Assembly: GCA_964570585.1 (NCBI GenBank)
Contig: CAZMYR010000001.1
Span: forward strand, 17,441 to 81,440
Direction: 5' to 3'
Origin: an uncultured Planctomycetia bacterium
GTDB taxonomy: Bacteria; Omnitrophota; Gorgyraeia; JABMRG01; JAFGKX01
DNA length: 64,000 bases
In this document: positions 8,894 through 19,161 of the stretch, one piece after another
How positions within the stretch are numbered: the first letter of the stretch is position 1
Layout of the letters: the number at the start of each line of letters is the position of its first letter
Notes under the pieces: model-generated
Seen by the model: only the letters and a program-made list of their open reading frames with translations
Databases searched by the model: none
Told to the model about the DNA's origin: nothing
Position numbers and translations under genes: made by a program

Positions 8894-11800
8894 TTATGCT
8901 GCTATCAGGGCAGCCCAGGCCTGGCGCTGGAGTCTCTCTATCTCTTCCTGGCTTAGTTTCTCAACACCTGGTAGAGTGGTTATTATAAGCTCAAAGACAC
9001 TCCAGGTACCTTCTCTTAGGGCTTGCTCAACTATAGCTTCTATAGTATTCTGGGTGTATTGCTGATACATCTTCTTTATAGCAGGGAACAGCTGGTTGAA
9101 GTTATCTTCATTGAGAGACAAAAGACCCCTGGCTACGGCAATAAGCTCTGCCATTGGAAGAAGTATATCATCTTTCTTAACCCCTATCTTAAAGAGTTTG
9201 ACATCAGCAAGCTGTTGTTTGTCTGAGATAAGGATGGTTTTCTTTCTGTTTAGGGTCTGTCTGTTTACATCAGCTAATAATACTATCTGGGTCTTTTTAG
9301 TTACTTGGCCTTTATCCTTAAAGGATAGGGCATATTCTAAGGCGTCACGGAGTCGGTGGTCTTTAAGCATAGAGATAACCGCCATCCTCTGTTTTATATC
9401 AGGAATGGCGTTGGCATCTACGATGATGGTGCCTTCTGATTCTATCCTGGCAATAGGGGCACAAACTCTGGCAAATTCTATTACACTGCGCTGGGTTGCT
9501 ATCTTAAGCTGGATAAGCTCTTCTTCAGCTGAGGTAAGAGTAGTTTCTACTTTTAACCTTGTTGCCTTTGCACTTAATTGAGTCAATTTCTGTAAAGACT
9601 CTGTAAGCAAGCTATCATTGAGTAGTTCTACCTCTCCAGGAACCTGGGTGGTCTCTTTAACCAGGGCGTCAAGAAGTATATTCTCGGCATTAAGTAATCC
9701 TCTATTAAGCTCTGCCAGAGCCCGGTTGCCGGCTGAGGAGGATTTATTAGGCTTGTCTGATGATTTCTCTCTGCCAACCATCATATCGTCCATAGCAAAG
9801 GCTTGCACTTTTTTAGCATAAGCCTTCTCTGCTTTTGTGTATTTGGCACCTGCTCTTCTAACTAAGATTTTCTCTGCATCAGGGAGTCGCTTCAATAATT
9901 CTTTTCTGGGCGCAGGACCGGCTACGAGATTCTGTTTCTGTAATTCAACTATCTGTTTTCCGGTAAGAATAGCTATGCCAGCCTCTGCAGATTTATCTCC
10001 GATTTTTTGCACCAGTGCAGCTACCGGCATAAACCCCTCTAACATATTTTGAAGATCCCTTACCTGATATAAAAGAATATAGGCACCCTCAGTTTCTTTT
10101 AGCGAAAGAAGGGTTATATTAAAATCGTCGCATTGTAAAAGTAGCAGCCCTTTCTGTCCAAGTTTAGCATCTTTTATAAACTGCTGGTCATATCCAAGTT
10201 TTGAAACCTGTTTTTTAAATCCAATTAACACATTGTATAAAAGCAGCAGCCGGGATGCCCTTACATCGTTCATAGGAATATCTAGAGCCAGCCTTACAAG
10301 AATCTCTGGTTCAATAACCTTAACTTCCTCACCGGCCAGTATTACACCCGATGAGGAGGATTTGGATGTGGAAATAGGTTTTGGCAGCAGTTTTGAAATA
10401 GCTGCTGTGTCAAGCTCAGAAACCAGCGTAAGGGGAAGGTCCTCGCTGGGTGGCAGGTATTTGGCGGCATAATCGCTCTTCCAATCCTCTGTGAGCTGAG
10501 CTATCACCTCTTGCTTAACTATAGCATAGATACTGCCTTTTTTATCAATGCGTACATCAACAAGAGGGTTATCGCCTTTATATTCCCACCATTTGTGTCC
10601 TATCTTGAATCCTGGCTTGTCAGTCTCCATATAGAGAGAACCCGGCCCAAAGATAACCGCACTTGTGTCTATGCCGGACTTTAAGAATATGAGTTTGCCT
10701 TGCTTAATTTTGACAGATGACCAGCGAGTATTGGCTCCCATATTTCTGAAGGTATAATCACCGGCGGAAGGTATCTCTGGTATATAGTTGATTGCATGCA
10801 ATGTCTTAAGAAGACTTGAGAAAATTTCTGTAACCGACTTCTGTTCCTTAGCTCCGGCTGAGGAGGACTTGGTAGATTCCTGTATCTGTGCCATTAGTCT
10901 AATATTGCGCTCTAATACATTTTGAGCAGCAATATTATGAGCTAAAGCCGGTTTATCCTTAATTCTTTCCATCTGTTCTTTTGTAAGATGTGCTATATAA
11001 GCCTCAAGGCTACGCCTGCCCTTTATTCTCATCAATATTTGTATATCTGCAAAACCAGACAGTTCTGCCTTCAAAAAGCTAATGTATGCGTTATCAATTC
11101 CGGGCATACGAAAACATCCAGTAATCTCAAAAGGTGTGTGTTCAAACATACTTTGAATCATTCGCTCATTCAAAGATATGTCTCCTACGCTTCTGGCTTC
11201 ACGGCTTAATTTTTCAAAATTGTCAAATGGGAAATTTTCTTTTATATGAGCAAAAACAAGTCCATTATTCGCCAGATTCTCGCGTGTAATATCTTCGACT
11301 TTAATACCAACATCACCTATCCGGACTATCTTGCCGGCTGACGAGGATTTGCCTGCAACAGGTATTATTGCTACCTCAGGAACTAACTCAAAGACAGCCC
11401 AGAGGTCATATCTGTTGGGTTTTCCTAATTCAATAAAGCTGCCACCACCTTCCCAGCGATGTTGACCATATGCTACTACACCACCTGCCGTGGTAACAGG
11501 TTTACCTGTTTCAGGGTCAAATCCCCAGAATGGACCATGGGCATGGCCTCTTGGCAGGGGAAGATATGCTGGCTTTCCACTCTCATTATAATAGACCATA
11601 CCGCCCTTACCGGTTCCATTGCGCATACAGAAGTGAATCTCACCAAATGTGGTGTCTTTGGTTAGTTCGCTATGGTCGTGGTCTGCACAGTTTACACCCT
11701 GGCCTGCGGTCCAGAACTGGATATAACAGACCTTTTTCTCTTCACCGTTTATTATCTCTATACCCTTGAGGTTATAGAAAGCTAAATTATCAAAATGCTC

Positions 11801-14800
11801 GCCCCAACCATAGGTATTACAGTTTACCCAATTAAGCAGGTCTGCTCTTGAGCCGGTGGTGATATCAGTCTGAGACATTTCAGTAACAACAGCGTCAGGA
11901 GTTGTGTCAACCATGATAGCTACTATGGCACCTTTTTCTCCTGCCTCGATATACTCTTCTGTAACCCGGGTGTTCCTGAGCTGCTTGGCAGGAGCAAAGG
12001 CATCACGGTTGATATTGCTTAATTTACCGGTTATAACATTAACATAGTTTTCACCGCGTGTATGATCCAAGGCTAATTTTGCACCTGGAGCTAATTGGAC
12101 ATACTGCATACTCCAGCCTGCCATCTCCCATTTTTCGGTGGCGTTTATCAGGCTTTCAGCCATAGTCTTGAATCTTATTGCTATTTTGCGCTCATCCTCC
12201 TCGGTTATCTTTGCATCAGGTGTTATTTTAGCCAAAACTACTGCTGGCATCTGTGAATTTCTCTCAAACATCATCTGTTTTCTATAGGTCTCGGCCATGC
12301 TTAGCTCATTATCGTCATTTACCCCTTGGAATTCCCTGATATCCGCCAAGGCAGGAGCGATAACACTTAATGTACCATTTTGGGCAAGAATAGCAGAAAT
12401 CTGAACAAAATTTATCTCTCCTTTCTTGTTGGCAGAACTATCATAAGGATTTAGAAAATCACCCGCACTATCTTTAGGGAATTTCTCCAAAGTACTGAAT
12501 ATATCTTTTGCTTTTCCCATAAAGAGTCCTACATCGTCGCAGCCAAAATCTAATTTTGCACCTTTTTTGCTGCCTATTACCCTTCCATTTTTATCTACCA
12601 TGATAGGAGCGTAGGGGTCCTTTTTATATGTAGTAGCTATGCTAAAGGAGACATCGCCTAAGGCTTGATGTATCATAGTAAGCCAAAGAACAGTCTCCGG
12701 ATTCAATACTGCCATATCTCCCCATACAACAAGTAGATCTCCATCAAATTGCGCTAAATTCTCCTTTGCAGAAAGTACTGCGTGGCCGTCACCTTTTATA
12801 TAGTCCTCAAAGACATATTCTGCATCAAACCCGCCTTTATCTAAAGCCTCTTTTATCTCTGCAAAATTTCCGCCTTTACCTTCTTTTCCTAATGCATCCC
12901 TCCATTGTTCGGAACGGACTACAACAACGGGTTTTTTATCTAAAAACGCTGTCTGTCTTAATACGTGATAGATTATAGGTTCGCCGCATACCTTCTGGAG
13001 AACCTTTGACTTCTTGTCTGTCATCCTGGTACCCAGGCCTGCAGCAGCAACAATAACCCGTACCGGCCTTTGAAGCTTAAATTCTGCTGAATCTTTTATA
13101 CCCAGGATATCAAGAGTTAACCTTCTAATAGTATCTTTATTCTTTTCATAATTAGCCCCATCCCTTATAAGGTCTCTTAAGACGCTCTTGGCTAAAAAGT
13201 TCCTTAATTCTGTTAGCTCTTTTTTAAATTCAGCTATAGAAGAAAAACCGCCTTTCGTGTCCTTGACTTTGTAGTGTAGCGCCAAGAACCTACTCTGTAT
13301 AAGCTTGTTTAAATCTGTGGCATTAACAAATTTCATCTTTTGTATAATATTTTCAATCTCGCCATAACCTGGCCGGGTGAAGAGGCCATAAATTAAGTAT
13401 TCCAGCTCACCGATGGGGTCAACTCGCATAACAGAATAATCTATTAAAAAAGGTGAACCATCGGGTTTTATTAAGATGTTTCTGGTGTTTATATTCCAAG
13501 TCCCGGGAACATCTTTGCCCTGCAGGTATGAAGCTACATCGGTTATATTTATAACTGTATCTATGAGCTCGATACCGCGATAACCCATAGCCCCTTCATT
13601 AATGCCCTCAAATTTCTCGCCAAAAGGTACACCTTCGGCATAAGGATAGACTATCGCCTTTGCATCTTCTAAGCCGGCCCATTTATCTTTACCGGCGCTC
13701 ATAACCACTGGCCTATATATATGGGGATAATCCTCCGGGACTCTTCGTAAAAATTCATATATCTCATCTGCTTGCCTTTCCATACCCTCTGTTTCTAACT
13801 TCTTAATAACAAAAAGCTGCCCACTTTGTTCATCTTCTGCTAACAAGAGTTTCTCGCTTCCGTGTATCGGCCCGATGATAATAAATGTTTTTTCACCCAT
13901 CTTGTTACACAGGGTCAGTTTTTCAACAACTCCCTCTTCTCCAGCCGAGCTGGCTTTGACCATAGTATCGGCGGCTGAAGCTACCTCGGATCTTTCAATT
14001 CTCTGTCTAACGCCCTTAAACTCATCCGTAGTCCTGGCAACATCCATAACATCTGGCCAGAAAAGAAGCGTTTCCCCGTCGCTTTGCATCTGTTTTCTTA
14101 CATCTTTTTCGACCTTTTCAATAAAGGCATCTTTCGTGCTATCATTTATTCCGCTCATATACCTTCTTTCATTTGGTTCTGGCATCTCATCAAATACAAT
14201 CTCTGTACCGTCTGCTAAGGTTATAGAATAACGCGTTTCCTGTTTCACCGCATCCCCATGCTTCGCTGGCATTTTGGTGGTTTTGATATCACTTCGTTTT
14301 ACGGTATGGGGAGGTCTGCTATCGTCTATTTCAAAGTAAACCACTCTGTCTTCTTTCTGCTTCACATCACCAACTAAATCCTCTATTATTATTACCGGCT
14401 TTAGCCTGATAATAGCTCCTGTTTGGTCTACTTCCATACGATATGTTGTCTCTACCGGATGTTTGGTGATTTTAGTGCCTTCTACTTTTTCCACCCCTGT
14501 TCTTGGTGGTAAAAATTCTACAACGAATTCGCCCGCAAGTATATTAAGGCTATCATGCAATTCTTTATTGCCATGTTTTAATGCCGCAGCGGCCTTCTTG
14601 GTAAGGGTGTTTATCCTTTCTATTGTCCTTGCCTGAAGGTTGTGTAGGGCCTCTTTGCGTTTGTCTGGAATCTCATAAATCTTCCCTTCTTCTATCATCT
14701 CTTTTCCAAGATACCTCATACGTTCTTTATAATCTACGCGGTCATCATATTTTTCCATAGCTTCGAATCTGTCCAGGGTTCTTCTTACCACCCTGTTTAA

Positions 14801-17800
14801 GATATGCCAATCTGCCATAGCGCTATGTTCCTTACGCACCTGTAGGGGTATATTGGGCCTTGTTGCGGTCTTTAATCTATGGTGTCCACCTACTGTCCTG
14901 GTCCATGTCATAAGCCGGCCTGTCACGACCCTTACCAGATAGTTAAAGTATGGCTCTTCTCTCCTGTACAGCTGGCCTATTGTTGGTATAGGAAAAACTG
15001 AATCATCAAAACTGAACATATTCATACACATAAAAATCCTTTTGGATAAAGTGGTATCTTCTTGCGGGTCAAGAAGTGCGGTAACAGCCTCTGGCCTTGC
15101 AAGATAGAGTACCTTAAGGGCCGCCTCCTGCAACATATCAGAATCTATGGCACCCCTTTCCAGAAATGAATCTATCTGAGCATCGGCTGATTTATCTCTA
15201 TCGTGATTAAAGTGGGTTGTTGCGCACTGATTCCTTAAAAAGCGAATCTCATCCACATTGCCTGTAAATACCGAGCCTGCAAAACCCCTCTTATCCTTAT
15301 CTACAATCATCGCTCCTGTATTTGGGTTTACTGCAAAGGCACCAAGCGCCCTATCTAATACGCCAAGATAATCCACTGTATATCTATCATATTCATATGT
15401 ATGATATTCTGGAAATTTTTTCTCTTTATCTTCTGGCTTATTATCAACATGGGCAAGTATCGCATCCTCTGATACTACAACCCGTTCAGGAAGTCCTGTA
15501 TCGAGTAAGGCATTAAATCGCGTAGTATTATCAACATTCTTTTGAACTATCTGTCCTGCCTTCTCTGGTATTAAGGCGGTAGTCTCCTTTTCCTCCGGGC
15601 TACTATATCCATAGTATATCCTTATAACATCTGTTACCTTCTTGGAAAGAGTTGGATGAGTTCTTAGATATGCTACAAAATCCGATTCAGACTTTATTTT
15701 TTGCTTAGCAGCAGTGTGTAATTCCTTGAAGAATTTTTTTCTCATATCCTTAACCTCTTGCCTTCTCTTTTCTAAAATATCATCAAGCACTTTCCTTTTG
15801 GCAACCCTCATAACCGGGAGAGAATCATCATCCACTGAAGCCATTCTGAGACCCATTGCAAGCATAATGGTAAAGTTTCTTATCCCAGATATATTAGAGG
15901 CAAACTGGTCAGCCAAAATTCTTTCCAGCTGTGGCCTAATAGAGTCTACATCCTTAAACTGGCGTAGAATATCTTCGCGCAACTTGTCCTGGCGCCAAAG
16001 ATCTGTATAACGTTCAGTAAGCGTATCGATTACCTTTTTTACGATGTTGTCTCTTACATCCCAATCGACATAGGTTATATTGAAACCTCTTTTTTTAAAA
16101 GTCTCAATTACCATCCTATCTAATTCCCCCCATTTCATAGCGCGTATATCCTTTGGTGTCTTTTTACCCCCAAAAAGGGTTTTATTTACCCATTCAACCT
16201 CTTCGTCTTTCATCGGCTCTGCCTTGGCTCCAGGACCTTTAGTGAGTACATTCGAGGTAACAGCTATAGGGATATTGCGGTGACCAAACTCATCTAGAAC
16301 TTCAGTTTGACGCTCCAATACTCTATATAATGCACTGGGTCTTCTATATGAAGGTATCCATAAGGGGCCCAGGGTTATATCTCGCGCGCGCGCCATAGTA
16401 GCTCCTTTTTTAATTAAACGCCTCGATTCATCTAAAGCTGTTTCTGCAAATTTCTTCATATATTTAGGGAGGTCTTCTGCAGCCAGCTCATAAAATACCC
16501 CTTTACCTCCTGCTACATCTGAAACAATAAGATAATCTTCAAGTGCGCTGGTAAGATTAAGATAGTCCGGGGCATAGCCATTTATATAGCCGTGATATCT
16601 TAATATGTCTTCATCATATATATAGTAATTGACACCCTCTGGCGTTTCTATTCTCTTGATATTAACCTTTTTGCCGGTCTTATAACCTATCACCCTTAAA
16701 AAGTAGAGAAAGTCCTTGCCAAAATCGGTTGGCTCATCTTCATCATTAAAAATCATCTTAATATCATCCTGAATAGCAGCAGGCCTTATGCCTAAAACTA
16801 CCTGCAGAAGAGGTGCATTGGCCTTTTCGAGTAAGAATCTCTTTATGGCTTTTCTGTTTTCGGGAACATTATCGGCAAAGGCCTTATTACTCACCTTAGT
16901 TTTATCATCTCTCAGCAGTCCGCTGGCAACATTAGATATTCTTCTTACATTATCGGTATATTCTATATCATCAAAAAGATAAGCCAATTTATCCCTGAGG
17001 GCATCAGCTGCCTCCCTAAGCCTGCTTCGTCCCGTTATAGTGGTTGGGTCGGTCTCTTCAATTGTCTTTATAGGCACAAAAGATCTATATCTGTCTATAA
17101 TAACCGGTATGTAAGGGAGGTTGAATGTAAAACCGGAGATGTTTCTTTCAATCTGAGCGCCCACATAGATAACAGGCCTTCCATGTTCATCTACATCTTT
17201 CTCCTCCTTTAAATTTATAAATGCGTGGGGTTCCTTCTTTGTAACCTGCTCAGTAATCTCTTCTATAGTAAGCTCTTTATCATAATTATCAGGCAGCTCA
17301 AACGTCTCCATAAGCCCATCTATGGAAAAGAGTATAGAACCGGTGTGGAAATAAGGAAAGTGAGTTCTTAATTGGTCTTTGTCTAATTCAGATACGTGCC
17401 TTTTAAATTCTTCTGTCATATCATTCTTATCAGCAATGACCATCTTACTTTCGCCTGTCTCCTTATCAATCGCTGTTAAAAGAAGCCCTCCTCTTTCATT
17501 TCTGTTTTCAGCAACGCCTACTAAAGCTACTGGGACCGGTCTACCATCCTCTCTCGCTTCCTCTATCTGCTCAGCCAAAAGACCCTTTAATTCTGCTGAT
17601 AACCTTCCGGCAGTATTATTCATATGGGCGTTCATCACAAAGTTTATATTGTCTCTTTTTAACTTTGCTAAAATACCGTTTAATATAAGCCACCTGACAA
17701 AATCCCAGTGCCCGGGAGGATTGGTTACTAATCTGCCATCTGAAAGCCTGAGCGGTTTTCCAATATGTTGTCTTTGGATAGCGATACCTCTGCGTAACGC

Positions 17801-18772
17801 CTCTAATTCTTCTTCGGAAATCTTTTCTTGCCGATAATCCTCCTCCTTTTGTTCAAGGTAGTGGATTAATATAGTTTCTGAGGGTGTAAATCTTATCTGT
17901 ATCCCCTGTTCAAATATCTCTATATCGTTGCGGTTATAGCCATAATGGTCATTCCTCTCCAAAATCTCTTTTATCATCTCTCCAGTTTCACCGCTCCCCA
18001 TGAAATATACTTTAACCCGGGCACTCTTATCTTTGGTTGCTTCTCTCAGTTCCTCTTGTGAACGTTTCGCTTCTGCTATCTTAAGCTGCACAAACCCATA
18101 AAGCTGGTCTGGATTATCCGAGTTTAATTCAGGTATAGCAAATACAAATCCGGCCCTCATCTCGCCTTTTGTCCGTGTGCTTAATCCTCCTGCAGAAGAC
18201 CCAAAAGACGCAGGTATTCTACTGCCACGTTCTCTGAGTTCATGCAGTCGCCTTTCTTCCATATTCATAATATCTATAGGGCCTCTCCTACCGGTGGGAT
18301 CTGTGGTTGGCGGCGATTTAAGTTCCATCGGCCTTCTTATATTAACATCTTCTACGTAGTGGGCCTTCTGGGCAAAGTTTCGCATCGCCTCAAATGTCGG
18401 TAGCTCAGTCTCAAAGAAATGAAACTCAAGTAAGTCCCGGGCCTGCTTAAGTATGCGCTGCGCTTGTTCCTTCTTACCCTGTTTCAGCGCCTGCTCAGCC
18501 AAATCAAGCTGGGTGTTGTATATATTGTATAACTTCCCGTGTAAATGCTCAGGAATAACAACATCTGGTTTTATTGGACGGTTACCGCTTGAACTACTCT
18601 TCAGAGCTGCTACTATTGGCGGCCTACCTTCAAAAACCCCGACTGAAGAAGGCCTCAGATGGTCCTGAAGAATCACTGTAGTATCTACAGGAGCTGCCCA
18701 TAAGGTATTGGTTATAGTAAATGTTATCGCTATACTCAAGTTTAAAACCTTCGCTAATATCTCTTTAATCAT
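8894..18772 (-). CDS. Giant multidomain protein 2 (3292 aa): signal peptide, UDP-sugar pyrophosphorylase-like, GT-A-like, kinase fold, GlmU-like NTP transferase, AUDH cupin, four unknown C-terminal modules
   Basis: Uninterrupted ORF; RBS GAGGAGGA upstream; signal-like N-terminus ending NTLWA|A; six KxSS[AS]G linkers. Confidence 0.95.
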   Translation of the reverse strand: MIKEILAKVLNLSIAITFTITNTLWAAPVDTTVILQDHLRPSSVGVFEGRPPIVAALKSSSSGNRPIKPDVVIPEHLHGKLYNIYNTQLDLAEQALKQGKKEQAQRILKQARDLLEFHFFETELPTFEAMRNFAQKAHYVEDVNIRRPMELKSPPTTDPTGRRGPIDIMNMEERRLHELRERGSRIPASFGSSAGGLSTRTKGEMRAGFVFAIPELNSDNPDQLYGFVQLKIAEAKRSQEELREATKDKSARVKVYFMGSGETGEMIKEILERNDHYGYNRNDIEIFEQGIQIRFTPSETILIHYLEQKEEDYRQEKISEEELEALRRGIAIQRQHIGKPLRLSDGRLVTNPPGHWDFVRWLILNGILAKLKRDNINFVMNAHMNNTAGRLSAELKGLLAEQIEEAREDGRPVPVALVGVAENRNERGGLLLTAIDKETGESKMVIADKNDMTEEFKRHVSELDKDQLRTHFPYFHTGSILFSIDGLMETFELPDNYDKELTIEEITEQVTKKEPHAFINLKEEKDVDEHGRPVIYVGAQIERNISGFTFNLPYIPVIIDRYRSFVPIKTIEETDPTTITGRSRLREAADALRDKLAYLFDDIEYTDNVRRISNVASGLLRDDKTKVSNKAFADNVPENRKAIKRFLLEKANAPLLQVVLGIRPAAIQDDIKMIFNDEDEPTDFGKDFLYFLRVIGYKTGKKVNIKRIETPEGVNYYIYDEDILRYHGYINGYAPDYLNLTSALEDYLIVSDVAGGKGVFYELAAEDLPKYMKKFAETALDESRRLIKKGATMARARDITLGPLWIPSYRRPSALYRVLERQTEVLDEFGHRNIPIAVTSNVLTKGPGAKAEPMKDEEVEWVNKTLFGGKKTPKDIRAMKWGELDRMVIETFKKRGFNITYVDWDVRDNIVKKVIDTLTERYTDLWRQDKLREDILRQFKDVDSIRPQLERILADQFASNISGIRNFTIMLAMGLRMASVDDDSLPVMRVAKRKVLDDILEKRRQEVKDMRKKFFKELHTAAKQKIKSESDFVAYLRTHPTLSKKVTDVIRIYYGYSSPEEKETTALIPEKAGQIVQKNVDNTTRFNALLDTGLPERVVVSEDAILAHVDNKPEDKEKKFPEYHTYEYDRYTVDYLGVLDRALGAFAVNPNTGAMIVDKDKRGFAGSVFTGNVDEIRFLRNQCATTHFNHDRDKSADAQIDSFLERGAIDSDMLQEAALKVLYLARPEAVTALLDPQEDTTLSKRIFMCMNMFSFDDSVFPIPTIGQLYRREEPYFNYLVRVVTGRLMTWTRTVGGHHRLKTATRPNIPLQVRKEHSAMADWHILNRVVRRTLDRFEAMEKYDDRVDYKERMRYLGKEMIEEGKIYEIPDKRKEALHNLQARTIERINTLTKKAAAALKHGNKELHDSLNILAGEFVVEFLPPRTGVEKVEGTKITKHPVETTYRMEVDQTGAIIRLKPVIIIEDLVGDVKQKEDRVVYFEIDDSRPPHTVKRSDIKTTKMPAKHGDAVKQETRYSITLADGTEIVFDEMPEPNERRYMSGINDSTKDAFIEKVEKDVRKQMQSDGETLLFWPDVMDVARTTDEFKGVRQRIERSEVASAADTMVKASSAGEEGVVEKLTLCNKMGEKTFIIIGPIHGSEKLLLAEDEQSGQLFVIKKLETEGMERQADEIYEFLRRVPEDYPHIYRPVVMSAGKDKWAGLEDAKAIVYPYAEGVPFGEKFEGINEGAMGYRGIELIDTVINITDVASYLQGKDVPGTWNINTRNILIKPDGSPFLIDYSVMRVDPIGELEYLIYGLFTRPGYGEIENIIQKMKFVNATDLNKLIQSRFLALHYKVKDTKGGFSSIAEFKKELTELRNFLAKSVLRDLIRDGANYEKNKDTIRRLTLDILGIKDSAEFKLQRPVRVIVAAAGLGTRMTDKKSKVLQKVCGEPIIYHVLRQTAFLDKKPVVVVRSEQWRDALGKEGKGGNFAEIKEALDKGGFDAEYVFEDYIKGDGHAVLSAKENLAQFDGDLLVVWGDMAVLNPETVLWLTMIHQALGDVSFSIATTYKKDPYAPIMVDKNGRVIGSKKGAKLDFGCDDVGLFMGKAKDIFSTLEKFPKDSAGDFLNPYDSSANKKGEINFVQISAILAQNGTLSVIAPALADIREFQGVNDDNELSMAETYRKQMMFERNSQMPAVVLAKITPDAKITEEDERKIAIRFKTMAESLINATEKWEMAGWSMQYVQLAPGAKLALDHTRGENYVNVITGKLSNINRDAFAPAKQLRNTRVTEEYIEAGEKGAIVAIMVDTTPDAVVTEMSQTDITTGSRADLLNWVNCNTYGWGEHFDNLAFYNLKGIEIINGEEKKVCYIQFWTAGQGVNCADHDHSELTKDTTFGEIHFCMRNGTGKGGMVYYNESGKPAYLPLPRGHAHGPFWGFDPETGKPVTTAGGVVAYGQHRWEGGGSFIELGKPNRYDLWAVFELVPEVAIIPVAGKSSSAGKIVRIGDVGIKVEDITRENLANNGLVFAHIKENFPFDNFEKLSREARSVGDISLNERMIQSMFEHTPFEITGCFRMPGIDNAYISFLKAELSGFADIQILMRIKGRRSLEAYIAHLTKEQMERIKDKPALAHNIAAQNVLERNIRLMAQIQESTKSSSAGAKEQKSVTEIFSSLLKTLHAINYIPEIPSAGDYTFRNMGANTRWSSVKIKQGKLIFLKSGIDTSAVIFGPGSLYMETDKPGFKIGHKWWEYKGDNPLVDVRIDKKGSIYAIVKQEVIAQLTEDWKSDYAAKYLPPSEDLPLTLVSELDTAAISKLLPKPISTSKSSSSGVILAGEEVKVIEPEILVRLALDIPMNDVRASRLLLLYNVLIGFKKQVSKLGYDQQFIKDAKLGQKGLLLLQCDDFNITLLSLKETEGAYILLYQVRDLQNMLEGFMPVAALVQKIGDKSAEAGIAILTGKQIVELQKQNLVAGPAPRKELLKRLPDAEKILVRRAGAKYTKAEKAYAKKVQAFAMDDMMVGREKSSDKPNKSSSAGNRALAELNRGLLNAENILLDALVKETTQVPGEVELLNDSLLTESLQKLTQLSAKATRLKVETTLTSAEEELIQLKIATQRSVIEFARVCAPIARIESEGTIIVDANAIPDIKQRMAVISMLKDHRLRDALEYALSFKDKGQVTKKTQIVLLADVNRQTLNRKKTILISDKQQLADVKLFKIGVKKDDILLPMAELIAVARGLLSLNEDNFNQLFPAIKKMYQQYTQNTIEAIVEQALREGTWSVFELIITTLPGVEKLSQEEIERLQRQAWAALIAA
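11370..12130 (-). other. Domain: aldos-2-ulose dehydratase/isomerase (AUDH)-type cupin
   Basis: QFWTAGQGVNCADHDHS, FGEIHFCMRNGTGKGGM, HAHGPFW, YGQHRWEGG, DLWAVFE. Confidence 0.75.
12280..13060 (-). other. Domain: GlmU N-terminal-like nucleotidyltransferase
   Basis: AAAGLGTRM..KSKVLQKVCGEPII, GDGHAV, VVWGDM, QGVND. Confidence 0.85.
13200..13939 (-). other. Domain: Ser/Thr protein kinase fold, probable pseudokinase
   Basis: LAEDEQSGQLFVIKKL, IVYPYAEG, catalytic loop WNINTRNIL (no Asp), LIDYS in place of DFG. Confidence 0.7.
14800..16375 (-). other. Domain: GT-A-fold glycosyltransferase-like
   Basis: LWIPSYRRP start, then GIRNFTIMLAMGLRMASVDDD (G..RN...DDD pattern). Confidence 0.5.
17060..18215 (-). 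other. Domain: UDP-sugar pyrophosphorylase (UDPGP/UAP family)-like
   Basis: SAGGLSTR, FMGSGET, IFEQG, NPPGHWD, ERGG, QIE, RSFVPIK. Confidence 0.75.
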
Positions 18773-19051
18773 CTCATCCTCCTCATTTGTTTAAAAAGTC
18801 TTAAAAAATCCAGGCACAAAAAATCCCTCTCATCTAAAGTAAACTCATTTTTGGAATCACTCCTGACTTAACCAGGTGGATTCTAAATTTTAGGTTTGGT
18901 TATACCCTTTCTGCTGTACTTTATGCAAGAAAATCGCCTTCGGCGATAACTCTGACCTGTGCCCCGAAGGGGTATGCGCGATTTTCAGTGGTACCTGATT
19001 TTGAAATTCCATACCATAAATTATAAATATACTTTTTTAAAACTTATTTAA

Positions 19052-19080
19052 ATTATACCAAAACTTCTTCATATTGTCAA
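19052..19080 (-). promoter_or_regulatory. Consensus sigma70 promoter for giant gene 2
   Basis: TTGACA (19080-19075), 17-nt spacer, extended TGnTATAAT (-10 at 19057-19052). Confidence 0.8.
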
Positions 19081-19161
19081 TTATTTTCTTACTAAAATCT
19101 CAGATTTTTCGGTAGATAAAGAGAAAATTTTATTCAGGCCTACCAAAAGACGAAATATATA

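Noticed and set aside
9728-11350. GCCGGCTGAGGAGGATTT-like DNA repeats as a CRISPR array or mobile repeat
   Set aside because: They are 18 bp, irregularly spaced by hundreds of bp, in frame and synonymously variable, so the peptide motif explains them.
18170-18205. GSSAGG as another linker copy
   Set aside because: It lacks the leading Lys and is the AGGLxTR nucleotide-binding loop of the pyrophosphorylase domain.
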